Assembly: GCA_041390245.1 (NCBI GenBank) | Contig: JAWKQI010000001.1 | Location: 369,388 to 433,387, forward strand | DNA: 64,000 bases | Reading direction: 5' to 3' | Origin: Eubacteriales bacterium | GTDB lineage: Bacteria; Bacillota; Clostridia; Christensenellales; JAWKQI01 | Shown: positions 17,807 to 25,522 of the stretch, in pieces | Numbering within the stretch: position 1 is the first letter of the stretch | How the letters are laid out: each line of letters begins with the position of its first letter | The notes under the pieces: generated by a model | What the model was told of the DNA's origin: nothing | The model's database searches: none | The model's input: only the letters and a program-made list of their open reading frames with translations | Made by a program: the position numbers and the translations under genes

Positions 17807-18376
17807 TTAAAAGGCTTTTAACTTCCCGGATTTTATCAATGGATAAATCCTATCCCAATTTTCCTCAATATCCTTTGTGTTGGCATAATTGAGCCACTTT
17901 TGAGTAATGCTTGAATTTTTAGGTGCGCCTTTTACTTCGCCCATGGAAAGCTTCGCATTTTCGTCTGTTTTTGAGTTTTGTAGTGCTCCTAAAAGCCTTT
18001 TAACTTCTCCCTTAAGCTCTCTTACCTTATACGCCCCAAAAGCCGCCGCTAAATTCCCGTCTTTAGCTAATACCAGCACTTCATCCGGTATATCGGAAAG
18101 CTCCACATCATCGTACAGTGTAAATATCTCGTTAACGCCTTTAACGATATCGCTAACCGGCAAGTCACCTAAAACTGCATCTGCATTATCCTCAGCCTCA
18201 AAGAGATCATCGCTTTTTACAATGCTGTCCGTAGTATCTTCACTTTCGGCGGCTTCCTTAACCGTTTCAAGCATCTCATTATCAGCAATGCCCTCTTTGT
18301 CTTCTTCGTCTGTAAGCTCATAAAGCGCTTTACCTAAAGTAGCCTTATCTTTATCTAAGACTTTCATTTTCACCAT
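17807..18376 (-). CDS. Scaffolding protein
   Basis: 189 aa, very acidic and helical, located between the portal and capsid genes. Confidence 0.55.
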   Translation of the reverse strand: MVKMKVLDKDKATLGKALYELTDEEDKEGIADNEMLETVKEAAESEDTTDSIVKSDDLFEAEDNADAVLGDLPVSDIVKGVNEIFTLYDDVELSDIPDEVLVLAKDGNLAAAFGAYKVRELKGEVKRLLGALQNSKTDENAKLSMGEVKGAPKNSSITQKWLNYANTKDIEENWDRIYPLIKSGKLKAF

Positions 18377-18491
18377 TCCTTTCTTTTAAATTAAAAAACT
18401 CCTTTAAAACCTTAACCGCCGTTAAATGTCTGGGGCGGAGAAACCGGCTTTCAAAAGAAGTTTTTTATATCGTTTTATTTAAGGTTTTGTC

Positions 18492-20039
18492 TTACTTATC
18501 AATACCGCTTATATCTTTTTCCTTCTTAATACGCTCAATTATCCCTTCCTTGTCAGGTATATGCCCATCCGGCAGCCTCTCTAAGTACTCCTGCTCATTT
18601 ATAACGCCCTCGCTTAAAAGTGAACTTAAGTTGTTAACGGTATTTATTTCACTCCACATCGCAGCTGGGCCAACGTCTATCTTAAGCTCAAAGCTCTCCG
18701 CTTCGTATCCTATTTTCGGTAGATATACATAGTTATAGCCATCGCCGCCTTTTATTCGGACAGGCCTTTTAGCCGTATAGTAACCGAAAAAGAAATCTAG
18801 CCAAATTCGCGCTACGTCTTCAACCATGTTATAAAACCGCTCTTGTATACTGGCTATCGGCGTTAATGCACTTTCGCGGACTGCGATAAAAGCAGAGGTA
18901 TTAGTCGCGTTTACATTACCTAAAACCGCTTCGTTTGCACCCATCATCTCAAGTGATGTAGCCTTTGCTATATCAAACATCTTATACGTATCGTAAGAAA
19001 GCGTAGGCGGCTGCATATAAGAAGCTACACCGCCGATGTCTCCCATAACCGGTATAGCGCATGAAAGTGCATTGCTCCATTTCTTTATCCTGGTTGCATC
19101 AAATATTACCCTTGGCGAAGCAGACTGTATCAAGTGTAGCATATTAAGTGCCATAGCCTTGTTGGCATAAACCTGATTTGGGATCAAAGAAGAAACTTCT
19201 GCGCTCCCAAAAGCAGAATTTTTTCTAAAGTACCAGCTCATCTTGGCTATCGGATATAAGTGGTTCTTTGTCTTTATTGGTTTTTTAAAGGTTACATCCT
19301 TAGTGCTCTTTAAAAACCAGACGTATTCGCTACCGGAAGCATCTTTTTGCTTGTACATCTTTAAAAATACCAGGCACTTCTCCCCATTTTCCGTCTTTGC
19401 CATGTCCCCTGCCTGGTATTCATACTCGTTATCCGGTCGGATCATATCTATCTCCTCTTTTGAAAGCCCTTCTTCCTCCGCCATCTTTTTTACTTCGCTT
19501 ACCAAAGAACGAAATACAAGTATGATATACGGCTGCTTTTCAATACTCGGCTCGTTTACATCCCCCGGATAGTAGTTAACGCTGTCTATTATCTGCGCAC
19601 TTATGTCTCCCTTAAATCCATTGGCTGTGCTCTTTTTTACGTCCCAATAAAAATAAAGGAGATAGTCTCCCGAAATGGCCGCGTCTTTTAATCCTTCGAG
19701 GTTTAAAAAATCCATTTTTAAATATTCCCACTCGGCAGCCGCCCACTCTGTTAACAGCTTTGCAAAAACTTCCTGTTTCTTTTCCGATGCGCTAACAGCC
19801 CTGCCAACGCCCGAAGCAAAGTAGGATATAGCTAATGCCCTTTCTTTTACCTGGGCAACTTTCCAGTCTACCCCGCGCTTAATAAAGTTAAATACGGGTG
19901 TAGGCAGCCCTTCGCTGGGTATGCCGTACCATTGGGTGCCTGCATAAAACCTCTCGTTTACATCAACGGTGTTATATAGCCCCATCTCATTTTTGTAATT
20001 TACTCCGCTTAAATATTCCTTATAGATCTGCGTACTCAT
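18492..20039 (-). CDS. Portal protein
   Basis: 515 aa, with canonical position and size after TerL and before the scaffold. No motif-level confirmation is possible by eye. Confidence 0.65.
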   Translation of the reverse strand: MSTQIYKEYLSGVNYKNEMGLYNTVDVNERFYAGTQWYGIPSEGLPTPVFNFIKRGVDWKVAQVKERALAISYFASGVGRAVSASEKKQEVFAKLLTEWAAAEWEYLKMDFLNLEGLKDAAISGDYLLYFYWDVKKSTANGFKGDISAQIIDSVNYYPGDVNEPSIEKQPYIILVFRSLVSEVKKMAEEEGLSKEEIDMIRPDNEYEYQAGDMAKTENGEKCLVFLKMYKQKDASGSEYVWFLKSTKDVTFKKPIKTKNHLYPIAKMSWYFRKNSAFGSAEVSSLIPNQVYANKAMALNMLHLIQSASPRVIFDATRIKKWSNALSCAIPVMGDIGGVASYMQPPTLSYDTYKMFDIAKATSLEMMGANEAVLGNVNATNTSAFIAVRESALTPIASIQERFYNMVEDVARIWLDFFFGYYTAKRPVRIKGGDGYNYVYLPKIGYEAESFELKIDVGPAAMWSEINTVNNLSSLLSEGVINEQEYLERLPDGHIPDKEGIIERIKKEKDISGIDK

Positions 20040-20252
20040 TTAAAAATCCCTTCCTGCTTTATATGGGTCGTAGTTCATCAGGTTTTCTATGTGGTGTATT
20101 TTTTCATCTACATCAGCATCTTTTTCTTCGCCCGGTAAATAAGTGCCTTTACTTTTACCAAGCATAACTTTAAACATGGCGACAGTGAAAAAATTAAAAA
20201 ACACCGCGCCGCTTAATAAGAATAAGCATACAAAGCAATCAACAATGTCCAT
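20040..20252 (-). CDS. Small phage membrane protein
   Basis: 70 aa with one TM segment (FVCLFLLSGAVFFNFFTVAMF). It is tightly packed between terL and the portal gene: its stop at 20040-20042 abuts the portal start at 20039. Confidence 0.3.
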   Translation of the reverse strand: MDIVDCFVCLFLLSGAVFFNFFTVAMFKVMLGKSKGTYLPGEEKDADVDEKIHHIENLMNYDPYKAGRDF

Positions 20253-20276
20253 ATACGTTAAAACTCCTTTTCTTTT

Positions 20277-21629
20277 TTAAAATCCGCCTAGAATATAGTT
20301 GTTTAAATTTACTTCCTCTTCGGAAAGAAAAAAAGCATCTTTAAGATGCTTTTTTTCTTTCCCTGCTGGAGGCAGCCTTTTTCTAGCACACCAATACCTA
20401 AGTGCGTCCGGTGCATGCGTTATGTCGTGCGGCGTAACCGAAACGTCGCTTGGATTATTTTTATCGTATGTTAAAGACTCCATGCAGTGTATAAGCTGTT
20501 CACAAGAAGAAAAAATGCGTAAAAACCCTTCCTTGGCATTTAACTTTTCTTTTACTGCAAGCCACCCCTGTACCCGCTCACTCGGCGCTTTAATAAGCGG
20601 CACTCCAGATTTTAAAAAAATCTCCGCCGCGCTCATCCCAGATTCCTGCCTCCTGTTCCATAAGTCCCTTGCTGCTAAGACCTCGCTTATTGTTTCCTCT
20701 CCGCTCTCTTTTAGGATACTTCCCGCCGCTGCAGAAACTATCAAAGACGGGCATAAAAATTCCTTATAAACGTATGCGTTACCTGAAAAATCTTCTGCTA
20801 TAAAAAGTGCCGCAAACATATCCAGGCCATAGTCTATTGCAACACTTCTCCTCCATTCTTTGGGTATTTCAAATGGCTTAACAACGTGTACCTTGTCATC
20901 CCACTCACTAAAATATTGCCCGGCAAAAACATCCCATCTGCCATATAACCATGCATCTTTTAAAGCTGAAGGCAGTTTTTCTAAACTGCCTAAAAATTCC
21001 GGGTCTTTTTCCAAAAGTGGTTTATTGTCAAAAACCCTTGCTCTTAAAAACGTATAGTCGTTTGGTTTTTCGCAAATCTTAAACTTCCTGTCTATAAAAA
21101 GCCGCTTTACCCACGAATGTCCCACACCTCCCGGATTACACGTAAGGTACATCCTTTTTATTAAGTCGTTTGCTCCACGCAAGCATACGCACAGGCAGTT
21201 AAACTGTTTTTCCGTTATCTGCGTCGCCTCGTCTATAAATATGACATCATACTCCTGTCCCTGATACTGATTTAGATCCGCTTCAGAACTTAAATAACCT
21301 AATTTAATAGTAGCCCTGTTTGAAAATATGAAAATCCGTTTGCTGTCTATGTATTTTGGCCTTATATACTTTGGGAAAACCGAGTAACAGCTAAGCATGT
21401 TGTTTATATGGTTTTCCCTGAGTTCATTAAGCGTCCGGCGGACTAAAAGTATCTTAATTCCGGGGTTTGCCAGTGCAAGCAGCGTTGCTTTATACCTAAC
21501 TGCCCAAGACTTTCCTCCGCCCCTTGCACCGCCATATGCGACATACCTATTCCCGGCTTTAAAAAATTTTATTTGCTTCATTGTCGGAATGCCGAATGAA
21601 GTATCCATAAGTTTTTTTAATCCTAACAT
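20277..21629 (-). CDS. terL: Terminase large subunit
   Basis: Walker A is YGGARGGGKSWAV and Walker B is DVIFIDEAT. The gene encodes 450 aa and has a C-terminal nuclease region with conserved acidic residues. Confidence 0.9.
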   Translation of the reverse strand: MLGLKKLMDTSFGIPTMKQIKFFKAGNRYVAYGGARGGGKSWAVRYKATLLALANPGIKILLVRRTLNELRENHINNMLSCYSVFPKYIRPKYIDSKRIFIFSNRATIKLGYLSSEADLNQYQGQEYDVIFIDEATQITEKQFNCLCVCLRGANDLIKRMYLTCNPGGVGHSWVKRLFIDRKFKICEKPNDYTFLRARVFDNKPLLEKDPEFLGSLEKLPSALKDAWLYGRWDVFAGQYFSEWDDKVHVVKPFEIPKEWRRSVAIDYGLDMFAALFIAEDFSGNAYVYKEFLCPSLIVSAAAGSILKESGEETISEVLAARDLWNRRQESGMSAAEIFLKSGVPLIKAPSERVQGWLAVKEKLNAKEGFLRIFSSCEQLIHCMESLTYDKNNPSDVSVTPHDITHAPDALRYWCARKRLPPAGKEKKHLKDAFFLSEEEVNLNNYILGGF

Positions 21630-21649
21630 ATTCCCCCGCTTTTTTTAGC

Positions 21650-21690
21650 AAAAAAAGAAGGCCTTCAAACTGAAAAACCTTCTTTTTTGG
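21650..21690 (-). terminator. Terminator between the lipoprotein moron and terL
   Basis: The minus strand reads AAGAAGG-16 nt-CCTTCTT followed by TTTTTT. Confidence 0.6.
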
Positions 21691-21708
21691 TGTATATTGA
21701 AAAAATTA

Positions 21709-22734
21709 TTAGCTTAAATAATACTCATACCAAAGCGTAGCAGATAAAAGTTTGTCTCCCATGGAATTGACTATAAAATAAAGCGGCTCACTTTTATACT
21801 CTTTAGTGCAATTTTGCTTGAAATAATCAATCGATGCAAATACGTTTTCAAAATCCGTAGTATCGCCGAAAATATCCCCCATAACCAGGAAACTGTCTTC
21901 ATCTAATAATAGCTTGGTAGTCTCTTCATTATCGTTATTTACATAAACAGTGTCTTCTTTATACATATTACCGTTTATATCAAGGTCATCCGGATCGTTA
22001 GCCTGGTGAAAGACCGGTTCTACATAGTCAAGAGTTACATATGTCTGGTCATCATCAGTTTCTATATCTGTAATGACCGCATATTGCTCATCAGCCAAAT
22101 TTACGCTTTTTACCGAGTATTTAAATATAGGCCCGTTATCTACATGCGTAGCAGAATTTGAAACTAAAACAAACTCATATTCTGATACAAGCGATTCATT
22201 TTCAATAAGTGCAACATAAGCTGTAACCGTATCGTCGTCGTTTATTTCTGCTCCCTCTATGCCTATATAAACGTCCCCTGCATCACTTCCGGAAACAAAG
22301 TAACTTCCGTTTGTATTTTCAATGATACCTATGTCGCTCGGGGGTTCTCCCAAGTCCTTTTGTTCGCTAGAAAGTGCAGTCGCATAGTACTTAACAGTAT
22401 CTTCGCCTACTATATATCCGCTGCCATCCTCAGATTCCTCTATATTTGCATCGGCATAACCGTAATTTGCAACCATTATGTAAATGCTGTTCCATATAAA
22501 CTCACTGTTTAAAGGGGCGTATTCGGAATCTAGGGACCTCATCGCATATACAATCCCGTTCAGTACCGCTTCCATGTCATTTACATCGCTTAAAACATCG
22601 CTTGCATTGTCTTCGGTCGAAGTGGGTTCAACGTCTTCGCTTTGCTTACCGTCTGTGCAACCGGCGAATACGCCAAGTGTAATTAAAACTGCGCATAAAA
22701 CCGACAAGATGTTAAAAAATCTACACTTTTTCAC
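21709..22734 (-). CDS. Secreted acidic lipoprotein (moron inserted between terS and terL)
   Basis: The signal peptide plus lipobox is (M)KKCRFFNILSVLCAVLITLGVFAGC. The start is placed at GTG 22734 (GAGGG lies 7 nt upstream); the track ORF starts at TTG 22758. The mature protein is D/E-rich with no recognisable domain. Confidence 0.6.
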   Translation of the reverse strand: MKKCRFFNILSVLCAVLITLGVFAGCTDGKQSEDVEPTSTEDNASDVLSDVNDMEAVLNGIVYAMRSLDSEYAPLNSEFIWNSIYIMVANYGYADANIEESEDGSGYIVGEDTVKYYATALSSEQKDLGEPPSDIGIIENTNGSYFVSGSDAGDVYIGIEGAEINDDDTVTAYVALIENESLVSEYEFVLVSNSATHVDNGPIFKYSVKSVNLADEQYAVITDIETDDDQTYVTLDYVEPVFHQANDPDDLDINGNMYKEDTVYVNNDNEETTKLLLDEDSFLVMGDIFGDTTDFENVFASIDYFKQNCTKEYKSEPLYFIVNSMGDKLLSATLWYEYYLS

Positions 22735-22768
22735 TTTTTGTCCCTCAGGCTTTCTCAACTTTATCTTA

Positions 22769-22797
22769 AGTTTAAGTAAAATTTTGGTCTATGTCAA
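22769..22797 (-). promoter_or_regulatory. Sigma-A-type promoter of the lipoprotein moron
   Basis: The minus strand has TTGACA (22797-22792), a 17-nt spacer and TAAACT (22774-22769). Confidence 0.6.
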
Positions 22798-22834
22798 CAG
22801 CAAAATCAGCCTTTTTAGTATTGTTAAAAAAATA

Positions 22835-23164
22835 TTAATAAAGTCCATCCAGTCCTGAAAAATCTATCTCTTCTTCTCTTTTTTCTTCTGAAACTCCATT
22901 GTTTATACGGTTTAAATAAACGCATAAACTGCTTGGCAAATCCCCGTTTTCATAGTGTTCGGCAATTCTTAGCTTTGCCATCTTAATAACTCTTCCTTTA
23001 GGACCGCCTAAAGCTTCTATGCTTTTTAGCTCTTCAAGCGTTAAGTTTAGATATACACACAGCCCTGCAACTGTTGAAATCTTTTTTTTATTGCTGCTTA
23101 GGCTTGGGCCCTTTATTTCATCAAAATATTTTTCTATCTTTTTTTTTAATGTACTTGCTGTCAA
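22835..23164 (-). CDS. terS: Terminase small subunit
   Basis: HTH-like TVAGLCVYLNLTLEEL near the N-terminus, about 109 aa, located upstream of terL. The start is placed at TTG 23164 (AAGAGGAG lies 8 nt upstream). The track ORF start at 23245 adds an implausible basic/hydrophobic leader. Confidence 0.65.
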   Translation of the reverse strand: MTASTLKKKIEKYFDEIKGPSLSSNKKKISTVAGLCVYLNLTLEELKSIEALGGPKGRVIKMAKLRIAEHYENGDLPSSLCVYLNRINNGVSEEKREEEIDFSGLDGLY

Positions 23165-23312
23165 CTTAAAAACTCCTCTTTTTAATTTAAGCAAAAGAAA
23201 AAAGCCTCTTTTTAAAAAGAAGCTTTTCCCCTTCGGCGCGTACAAAAACTTTTTTGAAAACTTTTCATAGTATCATTATATAATGGCTTTTTCAAAAAAA
23301 GTGCTGCACTTT

Positions 23313-23759
23313 TTAATCTATTTTAAGTATGCCTACCTCGCATGCTTTAAGCGCGGCGTACATGATTATTTCGTTTACCCACGTATGGTAAGTGCGCTTT
23401 TCTATAAAAAGCTCCATGCATGTATTCTGCCAGCTTAAATCCTCCAAATACCTCATACAAAGCAACGTTCCTATAGGCGTGCCTTTGTACTTATCAAAAG
23501 TTGCCTTTATAACTTTTAGCCATTTATCAATATAAAGGCTGTCTAGCCGGCATGCCTTTGTAGCCGTAGGATCTCCTGGAGCTTTGTTTGAAATCCCCGA
23601 TAAGTCTTTTTCTGGAACAGAAAAAATTATATCTTCACGCTCCTCTTTAAGCAGAATTTCAAGCTTTTTAAAATTTAAAAAATAATATTCAATTTTATGG
23701 TAATTCTCCCTACTTAAAACCATAGTTTTAAGACTCCGGTCCTCTTCTGCCTTGTACAA
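23313..23759 (-). CDS. Phage late-gene transcriptional activator (RinA/ArpU-like, sigma region-4-like C-terminus)
   Basis: About 140 aa, immediately upstream of terS. The C-terminal TCMELFIEKRTYHTWVNEIIMYAALKA resembles the HTH of these activators. An alternative start at MVLSRENY (23723) would remove the overlap with the upstream gene. Confidence 0.45.
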   Translation of the reverse strand: MYKAEEDRSLKTMVLSRENYHKIEYYFLNFKKLEILLKEEREDIIFSVPEKDLSGISNKAPGDPTATKACRLDSLYIDKWLKVIKATFDKYKGTPIGTLLCMRYLEDLSWQNTCMELFIEKRTYHTWVNEIIMYAALKACEVGILKID

Positions 23760-24078
23760 ACTGAGGGCATCCGACTACAAAGTAGGATTTAATTAAGGTA
23801 CTGGATCCATCCTCTTCTTTATGAAGTATATTTGTAGCTATGGCATTCCATCCCTCAACTTCTTTGAATTTCCTTGCCCATACACACATATTTTGCCCTG
23901 CCGCACGGTCGCATTCCCAGCATAGTGTGGAAGGGTAGCTTTCAGCTAAACCTAGCTTTTTAGCATGTATACGCACACTATTGACGCTTCGCCCCAATTG
24001 CCTTCCAATTTCCTTTGTATCTAAAAGACGGTAATACTTTTTTAAGTATTCGTCTTCTTTATGTGTCCACTGTCTCAT
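23728..24078 (-). CDS. Phage protein with a Myb/SANT-like HTH and a Cys-rich C-terminal domain
   Basis: WTHKEDEYLKKYY...GRSVNSVRIHAKKLGL is a Myb/SANT-like pattern, followed by CWECD...C.W...GW...CPQF. The start is placed at MRQWTH (GGAGG lies 5 nt upstream). Confidence 0.4.
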   Translation of the reverse strand: MRQWTHKEDEYLKKYYRLLDTKEIGRQLGRSVNSVRIHAKKLGLAESYPSTLCWECDRAAGQNMCVWARKFKEVEGWNAIATNILHKEEDGSSTLIKSYFVVGCPQFVQGRRGPES

Positions 24079-24231
24079 AATTGCCTCCATTTTTATCACT
24101 TATCTTCGGTATGTCCGAGGCTCTAAAAATGAATTCTTCTCCCCAAAAGATTTATTTTTATGCCTTCTCATAGTTACTTTGCAATTTACTTGCAGTAATT
24201 CCCCTGCTTATTTAAGTAACTTAACCATCAT

Positions 24232-24372
24232 CTAAGATTTTTCAAATGGAATTTCCCCTTTTAAAATCCCCAGCTCTTCTCTTTTCTTCGCCGTCAAAAT
24301 ACATCTTATGTAAAGTAGCGGCCTTTCTCTATACTGTCTTCTTTCAAAGGCTAAATTGAGTGCGCCAATCAC
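24232..24372 (-). CDS. Micro-ORF, 46 aa (not in track), translationally coupled
   Basis: The GTG start is embedded in ACAGGAGGTGA. The product is (M)IGALNLAFERRQYRERPLLYIRCILTAKKREELGILKGEIPFEKS. Confidence 0.25.
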   Translation of the reverse strand: MIGALNLAFERRQYRERPLLYIRCILTAKKREELGILKGEIPFEKS

Positions 24373-24506
24373 CTCCTGTTCACCATAGGCCCTGACCATA
24401 CCTTTTTAAGTTCGTCAAGATCTCTAAACCTCTCACAAGCAAGTGAGACTGCATAACACACTAAAACTTTGTTCTCAATATCTTTAATATGCTCTTTTAA
24501 ATTCAC
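24369..24506 (-). CDS. Micro-ORF, 45 aa (not in track), translationally coupled
   Basis: The GTG start is embedded in a second copy of ACAGGAGGTGA. The product is (M)NLKEHIKDIENKVLVCYAVSLACERFRDLDELKKVWSGPMVNRR. It is preceded by a 16-codon ORF (24503-24553) that ends in the same motif. Confidence 0.25.
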   Translation of the reverse strand: MNLKEHIKDIENKVLVCYAVSLACERFRDLDELKKVWSGPMVNRR

Positions 24507-24909
24507 CTCCTGTCTATATTAATTAATAAACGATCTAGCTTTCGCTTCTTCATTTTATTCTTCTTTTTTTATTTCTTAATCTATATATAATGAAGGTCTG
24601 TACTTTTATTATCCTTTATTATCGATAATTACTATATGGTAACGGGTACAACTCCCCCGTTTCTTTGAGGGCCTGCATTCAATAAGCCCGTAATTGCATA
24701 ACCTTTGCCTTGCGTTTAAGTTACGTTTCCTTATGCCCTGTTTACTCAATAAACTCAAGTTCGTATGGGAAAACCACTTTTTCCAGCAGCATTTGTTATT
24801 AATATGTAAAGGGGTGTAATAAAGCAGCTGTGCGTTAGGGGGCAAGATAACTGCCTACAAAAATTCTTAAATGAATTCAGTATAAGTTTATATGGCCAAT
24901 AAATTCCCC

Positions 24910-25065
24910 TCACTCATCCCATGTATCCCATGCAAATGTTACGTATATGCAATTGTCGCAGCCGATTATTCGGCCATTTTGGTGGTAAAGATATTCGCAT
25001 TCACTGCCGCAGTTTTCACATATGAATACTTTCCCCTTGGGTGCCAAGCTCTTCCAGAAATCCAT
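24910..25065 (-). CDS. Small zinc-ribbon protein (51 aa)
   Basis: AGGAGGGGG lies 3-6 nt before the ATG. The product is MDFWKSLAPKGKVFICENCGSECEYLYHQNGRIIGCDNCIYVTFAWDTWDE, with a CxxC-N16-CxxC pattern. Confidence 0.4.
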   Translation of the reverse strand: MDFWKSLAPKGKVFICENCGSECEYLYHQNGRIIGCDNCIYVTFAWDTWDE

Positions 25066-25196
25066 AAACCCCCTCCTATTTATATGCAGCATTAGTTTTA
25101 TGAATGTATTTTATTTTAAAAAATTTGTATGGGGAACTCATGTCAAAAACCCCATTTTTCTACAATTTTCGCCACGTTTCATGCCGAAAAAACCGC

Positions 25197-25225
25197 TTGA
25201 CTTTTTTTTGCTTGAAACTTATAAT
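25197..25225 (+). promoter_or_regulatory. Near-consensus sigma-A promoter of the tRNA cluster
   Basis: TTGACT (25197-25202), a 17-nt spacer and TATAAT (25220-25225), about 30 nt upstream of tRNA-Leu. Confidence 0.8.
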
Positions 25226-25257
25226 CATTATTGTGTCAAATATCAAAAGTGGTTCAC

Positions 25258-25341
25258 GCGGGCGTGGCGGAATTGGCAGACGCGCTAGACTTAGGATCTA
25301 GTGCCATAGGCGTGAAGGTTCAAGTCCTTTCGCCCGCACCA
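25258..25341 (+). tRNA. tRNA-Leu (anticodon TAG)
   Basis: GCGGGCGTGGCGGAATTGGCAGACGCGCTAGACTTAGGATCTAGT...GGTTCAAGTCCTTTCGCCCGCACCA. The anticodon loop is CTTAGGA, the variable arm is long and CCA is encoded. Confidence 0.9.
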
Positions 25342-25368
25342 GTTTAAAAAACTTTTACGTTTAATTCC

Positions 25369-25442
25369 GCGGGTGTAGCTCAACGGTAGAGCCCCAGCCT
25401 TCCAAGCTGGTTGCGTGGGTTCGATTCCCATCACCCGCTCCA
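25369..25442 (+). tRNA. tRNA-Gly (anticodon TCC)
   Basis: GCGGGTGTAGCTCAACGGTAGAGCCCCAGCCTTCCAAGCTGGTTGCGTGGGTTCGATTCCCATCACCCGCTCCA. Acceptor GCGGGTG pairs with CACCCGC, and the anticodon loop is CTTCCAA. Confidence 0.9.
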
Positions 25443-25450
25443 TTTATCTT

Positions 25451-25514
25451 GCGCAATGGATTGAGCCAGCCTTCCAAGCTGGTTGCGTGGGTTTACTTCC
25501 CATCACCCGCTCCA
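25451..25514 (+). pseudogene. Degenerate tRNA-Gly copy: 3' two-thirds nearly identical, 5' part diverged or deleted, T-loop destroyed
   Basis: GCGCAATGGATTGAGCCAGCCTTCCAAGCTGGTTGCGTGGGTTTACTTCCCATCACCCGCTCCA. The acceptor stem cannot pair, the 5' side of the D-arm is missing, and the T-loop TTCGATT has become TTTACTT. Confidence 0.8.
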
Positions 25515-25522
25515 TTTATCTT

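Larger units (their letters stand above)
10426..24506 (-). mobile_element. Phage-derived late-gene cluster (packaging, head, short tail or fibre, lysis); no integrase, repressor or replication genes; boundaries not defined by repeats
   Basis: A contiguous minus-strand block contains TerS, TerL, portal, scaffold, coat, fibre, endolysin, holin and XhlA (individual calls below). It is flanked by the convergent ligD on the left and by an ORF-poor region plus tRNA genes on the right. Confidence 0.85.

Noticed and set aside
24609-24845. A 78-aa minus-strand ORF in the ORF-poor region.
   Set aside because: It has no RBS and an odd composition (many K, R, N and C residues) with no recognisable motif. 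It is reported only as part of the unexplained 24.6-24.9 kb segment.
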